Assembly: GCA_963782055.1 (NCBI GenBank)
Contig: CAWAIF010000003.1
Coordinates: 1,408,001-1,472,000 of the forward strand
Origin: an uncultured delta proteobacterium
GTDB lineage: Bacteria > Myxococcota_A > Polyangia > Polyangiales > Polyangiaceae
Reading direction: 5' to 3'
DNA: 64,000 nt
The stretch's first letter is position 1; the number at the start of each line of letters is the position of its first letter. Shown piece after piece: positions 1 through 9,585 of the stretch. Both the position numbers and the translations under genes were made by a program. The notes below the pieces were generated by a model. It saw only the letters and a list, made by a program, of their open reading frames with translations, had not been told where the DNA came from and did not search any database.

Positions 1-2279
1 AGCATGGTCGCCCAGATCTCCCCGGCGTCGTGCACCTCCGAGTTGGCGATCCCGGCCACGTCGGGGTTCTCGGCGACGCCCTGGGGGAGGGCCTGCCCGT
101 CGGAGATGTCCCCGAAGGTGAGAGCGTTCTTGGTGAAGTCGACGGAGTAGGGGTAGCGCCGGATGCCGAAGTAGCCCGGATCGGTGTCGGCGCGCGTGGC
201 GTACTGCCCGACCGCGAAGGTGCCGCCCAGGTCGTCGCCTTGCCGGAGCATCACCTGCAGCGCGGTGAAGTCCGCCCACCCCTCGCTCTCGGCGCCGCAG
301 GTGTGGCTGCCGCACTGCACCAGCCGGTGGTGCAGGTAGTGGCCCCACTCGTGCGACACGACGGTGTTGTCGATGGTGCCGTCGACGTCGGGATCGGTGC
401 TGCGCGTCATCGTCGCGGTCACCGTGCCGCTCTGCAGGCCGGTCTTCAGGGTGGCGCCGTCCTCTTTCGTGATGCCCAGCAGCGCGATGGTGATCGTCGC
501 GTTGACGTTGGGATCGTTGCCGAGGGGAGGCGGCGGCTGGTTGGCCTGGTTGTTCGCCAGGATCATCCCGGTCCCGCCGGCGTCCTGGACGTGCAGCGCC
601 TTCGTCTTGAAGCTGCACGTCCCGCGGTCGACGAGGGCGATCTTGCCGGCGATGGATCCGGTGAGCGCCTCGCACGCGTCGGTGGTCGTGCCGCTGCCAT
701 CGTCGGCCAGGACGACCGGATCGGTGACGGAGAAGGAGAGGGGACCGAAGCCGGCGACCGAGGTGGGCAGCGTCTGGTCGAGCGGCTGCACGTGGAGCGA
801 GTGGGTGACCTTGCCGTCCCAGACGTACATCTGCATCCGGGGCGAGGCGCCGTCGCTCAGGGTCTGCATGTTGGAGTTGTTGCGGGTGGACGGCGCGCCG
901 TCCTGGGCCTCCGCGTGCAGCGGATCCCCCGCCACGCCGCCGCGGCCCAGGTTGTCCTTCTGCGCGTTGCCCGCCGCCTCGTCGAAGCCGGAGTCGTACC
1001 ACCAGTCGTGCAGCCAGTTGGTGACGTAGAAGAGGTCGGTGACCGCCGCCATCTTCTGTCCGGCGCTGCTCTGCGGGCCGAGGGTGGTGTCGTAGGTGCG
1101 GTCGAAGGTGTTGGCGGAGGTGATCGTCGCGCGCAGGTCGGGCGGCCCGGAGAAGCCGTCGGGCTTGTCGTCGTCGGTGTAGGCGTCGACGTTGTTGCCC
1201 GTGGTCTCGGTGGCGGCGGGCGGCAGCCAGGGGTCGCCGAACTTGTCGAAGCCGTCGATGGCGATCAGGTTGGGCGTGGCGTAGTCGGGGTAGCTCCCGT
1301 CGGGCATCGCCGTCGGGTGCGGGGTGAAGTCGGCGATGGGGCCGTCCGCCGGGCGGTGGTCCCCGCTCGCGTCGGCGAAGACGCGGTAGTCGAAGACGTC
1401 GTGCGCGGTGAGGTCCTCGCGGAAGAGCAGGCGGCCGTCGTCGGCGGCGTAGACGTGATCGGTGGCGACGGAGCCCGCGGTGCCCGCGCGCTCGGAGAGC
1501 GTCTCGACGAACCAGGCGGGCACGATGCGCTCGGGGAGCGGGAAGTAGACCTTCTTCACGCGCGCCCGGTCGACGAAGCGCAGGCCGAGCGCGCGCACCG
1601 CGGGGGTCGAGGCGAGGCCGAAGGTGCGGTAGTCGCCCTCGGTGCGGCGCAGGTCGCGCACGTCGCGCGGACCGACCGAGGCGCCGCAGACGTCGGTGAG
1701 CGCGGCGGCCAGCGCGTCGGCGGGCCCGGTGCGGAAGGGCGCGCGCACGTGCGGCGTGGCCGCGGGGTGCAGGCCGCCGGCGATGGCGACCAGGTCCAGG
1801 TGGCGATCGAGCAGGACCTTCACGTCGGAGAGGAAGAGGGAGACGCCGCCGACGCGCTGCCGCAGGGTGACGACGATGCCGCCGCGTCCGACGTCGTGGA
1901 CGTGGGTGACGAGCGCTGTGGAGAGCGCGGCCGGCGTCAGTCCGTAGCGGCCGGCGTAGCGCGCGAGGTAGAAGCGCGCCGCCTGCTCGGGCGTGGTGAC
2001 GCGCGGGCCGTGGCGGAGCGACGGCGGTGCGGGGCGAGGCGCGAAGAGGAAGGAGGGGACGCCGCGCAGGCCGTCGCGCGAGGCGACGAAGGCGGGCGGG
2101 CCGGCGGCGTCAGGCGGGAGCGGCACGGAGGAGGGCGGCGCGTGGTAGCGGGCGTCGTAGTTGGGGTGCGGCGCGCTCGCCGAGGAACCGGCCGGCGGCT
2201 TTCCCTGCTGGCCCCACGCCGATCCGAAGGAGCCGAACGGGAACACGACCAGCGCGATGAGAGGCAAGAGACGCCGCAT
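1..2279 (-). CDS. M36 (fungalysin-family) secreted zinc metallopeptidase with PA domain; 3' end runs off the window
   Basis: Not in the ORF track. Minus strand read from ATG at 2279 gives a signal peptide (MRRLLPLIALVVFPFGSFGSAWG), then FYVTNWLHDWYDSGFDE, DGTIDNTVVSHEWGHYLHHRL (HExxH), ESEGWADF and GIRRYPYS. Confidence 0.9.
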   Translation of the reverse strand, partial: MRRLLPLIALVVFPFGSFGSAWGQQGKPPAGSSASAPHPNYDARYHAPPSSVPLPPDAAGPPAFVASRDGLRGVPSFLFAPRPAPPSLRHGPRVTTPEQAARFYLARYAGRYGLTPAALSTALVTHVHDVGRGGIVVTLRQRVGGVSLFLSDVKVLLDRHLDLVAIAGGLHPAATPHVRAPFRTGPADALAAALTDVCGASVGPRDVRDLRRTEGDYRTFGLASTPAVRALGLRFVDRARVKKVYFPLPERIVPAWFVETLSERAGTAGSVATDHVYAADDGRLLFREDLTAHDVFDYRVFADASGDHRPADGPIADFTPHPTAMPDGSYPDYATPNLIAIDGFDKFGDPWLPPAATETTGNNVDAYTDDDKPDGFSGPPDLRATITSANTFDRTYDTTLGPQSSAGQKMAAVTDLFYVTNWLHDWWYDSGFDEAAGNAQKDNLGRGGVAGDPLHAEAQDGAPSTRNNSNMQTLSDGASPRMQMYVWDGKVTHSLHVQPLDQTLPTSVAGFGPLSFSVTDPVVLADDGSGTTTDACEALTGSIAGKIALVDRGTCSFKTKALHVQDAGGTGMILANNQANQPPPPLGNDPNVNATITIALLGITKEDGATLKTGLQSGTVTATMTRSTDPDVDGTIDNTVVSHEWGHYLHHRLVQCGSHTCGAESEGWADFTALQVMLRQGDDLGGTFAVGQYATRADTDPGYFGIRRYPYSVDFTKNALTFGDISDGQALPQGVAENPDVAGIANSEVHDAGEIWATM

Positions 2280-2339
2280 CACGACACCTTATTCGGAGCG
2301 ACCTGGCGGGGGAAGGGAGAGGGGCGCGGGAGGGAGTGC

Positions 2340-2405
2340 GAGCCACGCTCGCGCTCGCGCCCGCCCCCGCCCCCGCGCTCGCCCCCGCCCCCGCGCCCGC
2401 CCCCC
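2340..2405. repeat. GC-only hexamer-based low-complexity repeat (CGCCCC/CGCGCT/CGCGCC units)
   Basis: Visible in the intergenic gap; same unit types as 60800-61090. Confidence 0.6.
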
Positions 2406-3407
2406 TCACGGGCACGTCTTCGCGCACGTCGTCTTCGCGCCCTCGGCAATCCACAGCTCGACCCGCTCCAGCTCGTCCTGCCCGAGCGGCGTGTTCGTCG
2501 CGTCGCCGTTGGCGTGCGGCATCGGCATGCCGGGGACCAGATCGCCCAGGCGCGCCGTCTCCTCCGCCGACACCGGCGCCGTGGGTCCGTAGTCGAACGA
2601 TCCGAACGACGCGTTGCACGGCGAGGTGTCGCGCGCCGGGCCGCCCACCGGTCCGATCAGCAGCTTGTAGAGCAGGAAGCTGTCACCGGGGTTGTACGGA
2701 TCCACGATGGGCATGTCGCTCGGGAACACCCCCGTCGTCCGCCCCGGACCGATGCGCGCGCCGTCGCTCACCAGGTGTCCCGCCAGACCGAGCGCCGTCG
2801 CCTGCACGCCCGCCGCCGTGTCCAGCACCAGGCCCTCCGGCGCGGACGCGGGCTGGCCCGCCCCCGGGGAGGAGTGACAGCCCGCGGTGGCGCACGCGCT
2901 CCGCAGGAGCGGCAGCACGTCGGTGCAGAAGTCCACCGACGGCGGCGGCTTGCGGCCGGTCGCCGCCGTCGCCAAAAAGCCGATCGCCTCCGGCGTCGAC
3001 GGGTCGAGCACCGCGCCGTCGATCGCGCGCACCCCGAAGATGTCCCCCGCGTCCTGCGGGACCGGAAAGACGAGCTTGTACGGCTGGCCGGGCACCACCC
3101 AGTCGGCGCCCGCCGGGTTGGGGCTGGAGATCGTCACGACCCGCGCCACCGGATCGTAGGTGACGAGCGGGATGAGCACCGCCAGGCCCGTCTCGTCTCG
3201 GAGCTGGAAGGACTGCCGCGTCACCGTCGTCGGGTCCAGGTACCTGTCGAAGGCGAGCTGGATCACGCCGTCGACCGGAAGCGGCCGGTCCGGTCCGACG
3301 TTGGCGCCGAGGAAATGGATGGGCGGGCCCAGCCTCGTCTCGTCACCCTGCGTCCCCTGATCGCACGCGCCGGCGAGGGCGGCAGCCAGGAGCGCGGCGC
3401 CGATCAG
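2406..3407 (-). CDS. Lipoprotein with Ig-like (Big_5-type) domain and CX4CH motif; start uncertain (CTG)
   Basis: Lipobox LAGAC; IQLAFDRYLDPTTV and VTYDPVARVVTISS are Big_5-like; CATAGCH. No in-frame ATG/GTG/TTG near the signal peptide; CTG at 3407 overlaps the upstream stop. Confidence 0.7.
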   Translation of the reverse strand: MIGAALLAAALAGACDQGTQGDETRLGPPIHFLGANVGPDRPLPVDGVIQLAFDRYLDPTTVTRQSFQLRDETGLAVLIPLVTYDPVARVVTISSPNPAGADWVVPGQPYKLVFPVPQDAGDIFGVRAIDGAVLDPSTPEAIGFLATAATGRKPPPSVDFCTDVLPLLRSACATAGCHSSPGAGQPASAPEGLVLDTAAGVQATALGLAGHLVSDGARIGPGRTTGVFPSDMPIVDPYNPGDSFLLYKLLIGPVGGPARDTSPCNASFGSFDYGPTAPVSAEETARLGDLVPGMPMPHANGDATNTPLGQDELERVELWIAEGAKTTCAKTCP

Positions 3408-3658
3408 CTCTCGGCGTAGAGGGAGAGCTGCTCGCGCATCACGTCGTGGTTGATGCCGCTCTGGATGTGATCCTTGAGGCAGTCCGCCAGGGTGATGAGC
3501 ATGTCGTCCACGCCCTTGTCCTGGATGAGCTTCGACAGGAGGGCCTTCGCCTCGCGGCTCTCGTCCCCGCGGAGGAACTGCCGGACCTGCTCGAGCGAGA
3601 TCTCGCCCTGAAAGTCGAGGTAAACGTTCTCCAGCAGGTACGCCACGAGCTCTTTCAC
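3404..3658 (-). CDS. Small helical hypothetical protein (84 aa)
   Basis: Strong RBS (AAGGAGG) before GTG; natural globular amino-acid composition. Confidence 0.85.
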   Translation of the reverse strand: MKELVAYLLENVYLDFQGEISLEQVRQFLRGDESREAKALLSKLIQDKGVDDMLITLADCLKDHIQSGINHDVMREQLSLYAES

Positions 3659-3745
3659 GTCGTTCCTCCTTGGCGGCAGACCCCTGCGTATAGCTCCCCG
3701 GGGGCCGCCCCCGCAAGGTTCTTCCTCCGCTTTCGGTGGAATCGT

Positions 3746-5116
3746 CTAGCGGCATGACTGGAGCACCTGGTCGCCGGGCTGGTGGCAGACGTAGCACGGC
3801 CGAGGGTTACGCCGGAGCTGCACGCCGCAGCCCGCCGCGAAGCCCGCCGGGTGGATGTTGTAGCCGCCGCCCCCCATGCCGGTGCTCGCGTGGCACGACG
3901 CGCAGTCGCGCTCGGTGTGGCAGGAGACGCAGGCGTTCAGGTTGCGCTCTGCCTCGTCCGCGTGGTGACCGGGGCGGCGCGGCAGGTCGGTCCAGATCGC
4001 CTTCGGCGGGTGGAAGCGGCCGAGCACCTTGTCGCCGGTGGGGCTCTCGTTCGCCACGCCGGAGCGCAGGTGGCACGGCAGACAGAAGCTCTGCTCGCGG
4101 TGGCAGCTCTGGCAGCGCTGCGTCGCCATGCGCGCCTCGACGGGGTGCATCTGGAGGTAGTCGTTCGGGTGCACGCCGCGCGGGCGGACGCGCCCGTCGT
4201 GGCAGTCGACGCAGAAGCTCTCCTTGTGGCAGTTGGCGCAGAAGGCGGAGTCGTTGCCGGCGACCATCTTGTGGCGCTCGAGGAAGTCCGGGCCGTGCTT
4301 GGCGTTGTGGAGCCAGCGCGGGGGCTCGAGCTTGCCGGAGGGGAAGCGCGTACGGATGACGCCGCCCTCCGCGCCGCCGGTCCGGCGGACGTGGCAGGTG
4401 TCGCACGCGCTCTTCGCGTCGCCGCGGGCGAGGGCGTCGGGCATCTGGTGGCACCCGAGGCACCCGCGCATGCGCGGCATCTGGTCGCGCGTGGCGAGCT
4501 CGAGCTGCTGCACCTCCCCGTGGCACTGCCCGCAGCCGATGTTGCGCACGGCGTGCTTGCGATGCGAAAAGACCATGTTCGGCCGCGGGATGACGAGCGA
4601 CGCGACGCGGTTGCCGTCGCCGGGGCGGTACCCCAGGTGGCAGAAGGCGCACTGCCCGCTCGCGCCCGTCCCCGCCTTCACCACGTCCAGGTCGGAGTGG
4701 TCGGTCAGGTGGCAGTCGTCGCACACCGTCGCGCGCGGGATGAGCGAGTCGGCCGAGGAGTCGCTGGTGATGGCGCCCGGGTGGCACGACTTGCACGCGA
4801 GGTGCTGGCCCTGGACGTGGAGCTTGTGGTTGAAGCGCAGCGTGAGCTGCTGCTCCGGGAAGATGACGTCGCTCGGGCCGGTGTCGGGGGCGGAGGCGCC
4901 GGGCGGGAGCCAGCGCGCGGGCACCTTCTGGTCGGCGGGCATCGGCGTGGTGCCGGAGACCCACGTCGTGGGCGCGCCGGACCCGGCCGGTGGGGGCGCG
5001 GAGGCCGACGGTGTCGGCGCCGCCAGGCCGAGCGGCGGAGGGTCCGCGGCGAACGCCAGCGTCGCGCCGAGGGCGAGCGCGAGGGCGAGCAGCACGAAGG
5101 CGAGGCGCGCGCTCAT
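3746..5116 (-). CDS. Exported multiheme c-type cytochrome (13 CxxCH motifs, cytochrome c3/c7-like)
   Basis: Signal peptide; counted CKSCH, CDDCH, CAFCH, CGQCH, CLGCH, CDTCH, CANCH, CVDCH, CQSCH, CLPCH, CVSCH, CASCH, CYVCH; FNHKLH and FSHRKH distal-His motifs. Confidence 0.95.
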   Translation of the reverse strand: MSARLAFVLLALALALGATLAFAADPPPLGLAAPTPSASAPPPAGSGAPTTWVSGTTPMPADQKVPARWLPPGASAPDTGPSDVIFPEQQLTLRFNHKLHVQGQHLACKSCHPGAITSDSSADSLIPRATVCDDCHLTDHSDLDVVKAGTGASGQCAFCHLGYRPGDGNRVASLVIPRPNMVFSHRKHAVRNIGCGQCHGEVQQLELATRDQMPRMRGCLGCHQMPDALARGDAKSACDTCHVRRTGGAEGGVIRTRFPSGKLEPPRWLHNAKHGPDFLERHKMVAGNDSAFCANCHKESFCVDCHDGRVRPRGVHPNDYLQMHPVEARMATQRCQSCHREQSFCLPCHLRSGVANESPTGDKVLGRFHPPKAIWTDLPRRPGHHADEAERNLNACVSCHTERDCASCHASTGMGGGGYNIHPAGFAAGCGVQLRRNPRPCYVCHQPGDQVLQSCR

Positions 5117-6660
5117 TTGCTCACCGCGAGCTGGAGGTAGGCGATCGTCCGGAAGCGCAGGCCGACGAGGCGGTTGATGTCGTTCTCCATCTCCACGCCG
5201 ACCTGCGAGCGGCCGAAGAAGCGGTAGCCGAGGCCGAGGACGTACGCGAGGGAGGCGGCGCTGCGGTCGGGGCGCAGCTTGTCGTTCCAGTGCCAGAAGC
5301 CCAGGCGCGCGGAAAGCACGTAGTGGGTGTCGTAGATGCGCTGGCCGAAGAGGTCGGCGCCGACGCGATCGCCCGCGTCGCCCACGTCCGCCGCGCCCTG
5401 CAGCGTGACGGTGGTGGAGGGCCGCCGGTAGCGCACGCCCAGGGTGCCGCCGCCGTCGAAGGTGACGCCCGCGCCGTAGACGTTGGGCGCGGCGGGCACC
5501 GGGCCGTTGTTGGCGTAGCCGGGGTAGGGCGTCGTCGCCGGCTGGTCGAGGTGATCGCTCGTCTGGGCGTCGAAGGCCCGCACGTGGCCGCTCGCCGAGA
5601 GGGCCCAGCGGTCGGTGGGCATGACCGCCACGCGCCCGCCGACGTCGTTCATCGGGCTCATGGCGAAGAAGTTGAAGATGGAGTCGCCGTCGAAGCTCGG
5701 GCGGAAGAAGTCGTAGTCGACGCTGGCGATCACCTTCGACCCCAGGAACGCCTCGGCGGTCCCGTAGATGCTGGTGAAGGCGGCGTCGTACAAGTCGTAG
5801 ACCATGCCGCCGTTCACCCCGCCCACCTTGGGGAGGCTCGCGCTCAGCGTGTAGCCCAGCCGCTCCTGCGAGATGCGCGTGTCGGAGTAGGGGACGACGG
5901 GGACGCCGAGCCCGGTGCCGAGCAGAGCGACGCCCGCATCACCTGTATTGTACACGCGCCGGTAGGAGAGCCGCCCGTGCAGCCAGGTGATGCCGCTGCT
6001 CTCGATCGCCGCCCCGAAGGCTGGGGCGATCTCCGCGTTCTCGAACTCGGGGTACTCGGTGGGATCGAAGTTGGAGCGGTCCCCTCGCCACACGCCGTCC
6101 TGCGACCAGCGGCCCAGCGCGCCGGACGCCGGCAGCCCGCCGCGCACCTCCAGGCCGCCGTAGGCCTCCACCGCGAAGAACGCCGGGGTGGTGACGCGCA
6201 CCTCCGCGCCGTCGAAGGACCAGTAGCCGAGGGCGTCGACCTGGTACTGGCGGCCGAGCTTGAAGTCGAGCAAGCCGTGCAGGAAGCGCCGCCCCTCCAC
6301 GTACGCGTACATGAAGTCCACCGGCCCTCGCGAGAAGCCGGCGACGTAGCGGTCGTAGGCGCTCGGCGTCGCCTCCGCCGAGCTCGCGCCGTAGTCGGCG
6401 TCGTAGCGCAGGCGCGCGCGGAAGCTCAGCTCGGGGGCCTTCTCCTGGCCCACGCCTTCCGGCCGCTTCAGCAGGTCGTAGGCGAGCACGCCCAGCGTCG
6501 TCGTGAGGCGGCGACGCATCAGGATGGGCTGCCCGGTGGGGCTGCGTACGTCGTAGAACTGCGTCGTCGTGTCGCTGGTGACCTCGCCCTCGAACGCGCG
6601 CGAAGCGGAGGGGACGAGGGCCAGCGCACACGTGCAGCCCGCGGCGAGCCAGGCTCTCAT
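5113..6660 (-). CDS. Probable outer-membrane beta-barrel (porin-like) protein
   Basis: Signal peptide (ASRA-F); many amphipathic Tyr/Gly-rich strands (LSFRARLRYDADY, DFKLGRQY, VEAYGGLEV); ATGA overlap with the cytochrome gene. Confidence 0.8.
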   Translation of the reverse strand: MRAWLAAGCTCALALVPSASRAFEGEVTSDTTTQFYDVRSPTGQPILMRRRLTTTLGVLAYDLLKRPEGVGQEKAPELSFRARLRYDADYGASSAEATPSAYDRYVAGFSRGPVDFMYAYVEGRRFLHGLLDFKLGRQYQVDALGYWSFDGAEVRVTTPAFFAVEAYGGLEVRGGLPASGALGRWSQDGVWRGDRSNFDPTEYPEFENAEIAPAFGAAIESSGITWLHGRLSYRRVYNTGDAGVALLGTGLGVPVVPYSDTRISQERLGYTLSASLPKVGGVNGGMVYDLYDAAFTSIYGTAEAFLGSKVIASVDYDFFRPSFDGDSIFNFFAMSPMNDVGGRVAVMPTDRWALSASGHVRAFDAQTSDHLDQPATTPYPGYANNGPVPAAPNVYGAGVTFDGGGTLGVRYRRPSTTVTLQGAADVGDAGDRVGADLFGQRIYDTHYVLSARLGFWHWNDKLRPDRSAASLAYVLGLGYRFFGRSQVGVEMENDINRLVGLRFRTIAYLQLAVSK

Positions 6661-6702
6661 CCGTTCCCCGCGCTCACGATGGCTCGTGCGGTGGCCGGCG
6701 CA

Positions 6703-7152
6703 TCAGGCCTTGTCGGAGGCGCGCTTCCCGCCGAACTCCTTCACGAGGCGGTCGTCGTAGGTGTCGGCCACGGCGGAGAGATGGCGGACCATCTGCTCCA
6801 CCTCTTCCGCGTCCAGTCCGCCCGCGGGCCGCTCCGAGACGGCGACGACCTTGTCGTTCATGATGCCGAAGGCCGCGTTGGCGAGCCCGCCGGCGTTCAG
6901 CTCGAGCAGGCGCTTGTAGAGAGGCTCGCGGTTGGCCTCATCCATGAGGAGGACGGGCGAGACGACGCGCAGGAAGATGGCCTTCTGCTCGGTGCGGTGC
7001 ACGACGGAGATGAGCACCGAGGCGCTGCCGCGCATCATGGTGTAGCTGGCCTGCTCGGGCGTATCCTTCACCTTCGCCTTGGCGGGGTCGATGCCGAGCT
7101 TCTGGATCACGCTCTCCACGGTCGCCTTGGTGCCGGAAAACAGCTCTTCCAC
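6703..7152 (-). CDS. YbjN/CesT-like (type III secretion chaperone fold) protein
   Basis: RBS AGAAGGAG before GTG at 7152; LYKRLLELNA...AFGI and VADTYDDRL motifs. Confidence 0.8.
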   Translation of the reverse strand: MEELFSGTKATVESVIQKLGIDPAKAKVKDTPEQASYTMMRGSASVLISVVHRTEQKAIFLRVVSPVLLMDEANREPLYKRLLELNAGGLANAAFGIMNDKVVAVSERPAGGLDAEEVEQMVRHLSAVADTYDDRLVKEFGGKRASDKA

Positions 7153-7359
7153 GTCGTCTCTCCTTCTGGTGCGCCCTTCGGGCCGCCGGCCATGCGGGTC
7201 CGGCCAGCCAGTGCTTCCACGAACGGTTGGGGCGAGCATCCTCGCAGCCCGGGGGCGTGTCAACGGCGCCTGCAGCCCGGCCGGGCGGGCAAACGCCCGT
7301 GTCGGCGCGCGCCCAGCTTGACCCCCCTCCGGCCCGGATGGCACGCTGACGCTCACCAC

Positions 7360-8814
7360 ATGGCCGACTCCCAGCAACGGTACCGGGTCATCGAGAAGCT
7401 CGAGTCCGGGGGCATGGCGGAGGTGTTCCGCGCGGAGAGCGAAGGCCTCCAGGGCTTCAAGAAGCAAGTCGCCATCAAGCGCGTCCTGCCTCACCTCTCG
7501 GAGAAGAAGAAGTTCATCTCCATGTTCCTGGACGAGGCGCGCCTCTCCGCGCAGCTCTCGCACTCCAACTGCGTGCAGGTCTTCGACATCGGCGTGGGCG
7601 ACAGCGCCTACTTCATCGTCATGGAGTTCGTCGACGGGGCGAACCTCAAGAGCGTCGCCGAGACGCTGAAGAAGCAGGGCCACGAGTTCCCCGTCTCCGC
7701 CGCCGTGTGGATCGCCATCGAGATCTGCAAGGGCCTGTCCTACGCGCACGAGCTCCAGGACACGAGCGGCAACGCGATGCACATCGTCCACCGCGACATG
7801 TCCCCGCCGAACGTCCTCATCACCAAGTTCGGCGAGGTGAAGATCGTGGACTTCGGCCTCGCCAAGGCGAACTCGCAGCTGGAGAAGAGCGAGCCGGGCA
7901 TCATCAAGGGCAAGTTCAGCTACCTCTCGCCGGAGGCGGCGATGGGCGGGGACGTCGACCCGCGCACCGACATCTTCGCCGTCGGGATCATCCTCTGGGA
8001 GCTGCTCGCCGGCCAGCGCCTCTTCCTCGGCGACACCGACTTCCAGACGGTGAAGAAGGTGCAGCAGGCGGCGGTGCCGCCCGTCACCCAGATCAACCCG
8101 CAGGTGTCGCCGGAGCTCGAGCGCATCGTCAACCGCGCCCTCGCCCGCGACCCGGACATGCGCTACCGCAGCGCGCGCGACCTGGCGCGCGACCTGAACA
8201 AGTTCCTCTTCGACAACGGCCAGGCCGTCTCCAGCTTCGACGTCGCCCAGCTCGTCATGGGGACGATGAAGGCGCAGCGGCGCAAGAAGCCGCAGCAGGG
8301 CTCCATCATCGACAAGCTGATCGAGGAGGCGCTGCTCGAGTTCACCTCCCTCACCGACGACAAGGGCGGCGGCGGGCCGAAGCCCTCGGCGGAGCAGTCG
8401 CAGGCGACGGCGCCGCTCAACCTGGGCGAGTTCATCGATCCCAAGGGATGGATCGACGAGATCGCCGGGGACCTCGCGCCCGCCCCCACGCGCGACTCCT
8501 TCCGCGGGCAGCTCCCCTCCGGGCTGGAGGGCAACCTCTCCGCGCTGGAGGACGAGCCCATCCGGCCGTCGGCGCCGATGGCCGCGCCGCCCCCGTCCGC
8601 GCCGGCCTCCGCGCCGCGCGCGCCGACGCCCGTGCCCACGCCTCCGCCCAACCTCGCCCTGCAGGGCCCCCCGCCGCCGGTGCTCAACACCGCCACCGCG
8701 GCGCTGCGCGAGGAGAAGAAGGGCGGCAGCGCGGTGACCATCCTGGTCCTGCTCATGTTCCTGGCGGCCGCCGGTGTCGGCCTCGCCTGGTACATGCACT
8801 GGATCCCGCACTGA
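7360..8814 (+). CDS. Hanks-type Ser/Thr protein kinase with C-terminal membrane anchor
   Basis: SGGMAEV, VAIK, HRDMSPPN, DFG, GKFSYLSPE; hydrophobic C-terminal helix. Confidence 0.95.
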   Translation: MADSQQRYRVIEKLESGGMAEVFRAESEGLQGFKKQVAIKRVLPHLSEKKKFISMFLDEARLSAQLSHSNCVQVFDIGVGDSAYFIVMEFVDGANLKSVAETLKKQGHEFPVSAAVWIAIEICKGLSYAHELQDTSGNAMHIVHRDMSPPNVLITKFGEVKIVDFGLAKANSQLEKSEPGIIKGKFSYLSPEAAMGGDVDPRTDIFAVGIILWELLAGQRLFLGDTDFQTVKKVQQAAVPPVTQINPQVSPELERIVNRALARDPDMRYRSARDLARDLNKFLFDNGQAVSSFDVAQLVMGTMKAQRRKKPQQGSIIDKLIEEALLEFTSLTDDKGGGGPKPSAEQSQATAPLNLGEFIDPKGWIDEIAGDLAPAPTRDSFRGQLPSGLEGNLSALEDEPIRPSAPMAAPPPSAPASAPRAPTPVPTPPPNLALQGPPPPVLNTATAALREEKKGGSAVTILVLLMFLAAAGVGLAWYMHWIPH

Positions 8815-9563
8815 GCGCCGAGCGCACCTTCGAGCTACGGCCCATCGGGGTGGCGCGCACCCCCTTCCACGAGAAGGTGGAGGCGCCCCGGCAGGCGGCG
8901 GCGGCGCGCGACGTCGCGGCGACCATCGAGCTCTTTCCGGGTCACCACTACGAGGACGCGCTCGCGGACCTGGAGGGCTTCACGCACGTCTGGATCCTGT
9001 ACTGGTTCGATCGCGTGACGGGCTGGAAGCCGAAGGTGCTGCCGCCGCGCAGCGAGTCCCGGCGCGGCCTCTTCGCCACGCGCTCCCCGCACCGCCCCAA
9101 CCCGATCGGCCTGTCGGTCGCGCGTCTGGTGGGCGTGGAGGGGCTGAAGGTGCACGTCACCGGCGTGGACATGCTGGACGGCACGCCGGTCCTCGATCTC
9201 AAGCCGTACATTCGCTACGCCGACGCGATCACCGACGCCGGCGACGGGTGGCTCGCCGCCGACCCGCGCGCGGTGTGGACGGTGCGCTTCGAGCCGCGCG
9301 CGCGCGAGCAGCTCGACTTCCTGAAGGGGCACGGGGTCGAGCTGGAGGCGGCGCTGGTGCGCGCGCTGGAGCTCGGGCCGCAGCCGCACGCGTACCGCAG
9401 GATCCGGCAGGTGGACGGGGGCTTCGTGATCGGGGTGAAGGAGTGGCGGGCGCGCTTTCGCGTGGTGGAAAAGGAGATCGTGGTGGCCTCGGTGTTCAGC
9501 GGCCATCGCGGGCGGGAGCCCGCGGGCGCGCACGCGGCGTTCGTCCAGCGGTTCGGCCGGTAG
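8811..9563 (+). CDS. trmO: tRNA m6t6A37 methyltransferase TrmO (TsaA family); start uncertain (CTG)
   Basis: PIG...APRQ, LEGFTHVWILYWF, GLFATRSPHRPNPIGLS, DMLDGTPVLDLKPY. Confidence 0.9.
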   Translation: MSAERTFELRPIGVARTPFHEKVEAPRQAAAARDVAATIELFPGHHYEDALADLEGFTHVWILYWFDRVTGWKPKVLPPRSESRRGLFATRSPHRPNPIGLSVARLVGVEGLKVHVTGVDMLDGTPVLDLKPYIRYADAITDAGDGWLAADPRAVWTVRFEPRAREQLDFLKGHGVELEAALVRALELGPQPHAYRRIRQVDGGFVIGVKEWRARFRVVEKEIVVASVFSGHRGREPAGAHAAFVQRFGR

Positions 9564-9585
9564 CGGCCACCGACGGCCGCGGTCC

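Noticed and set aside
30..3419. 1129-aa plus-strand ORF, and similar long ORFs such as 10104-14783, 35812-39246 and 39379-42876
   Set aside because: Antisense or off-frame shadows of real genes, caused by stop-codon scarcity at high GC; no family motifs.
7339..7353. Sigma-54-like TGGCACG upstream of the kinase
   Set aside because: GG-to-GC spacing is 9 rather than 10 nt and TTGC is absent.
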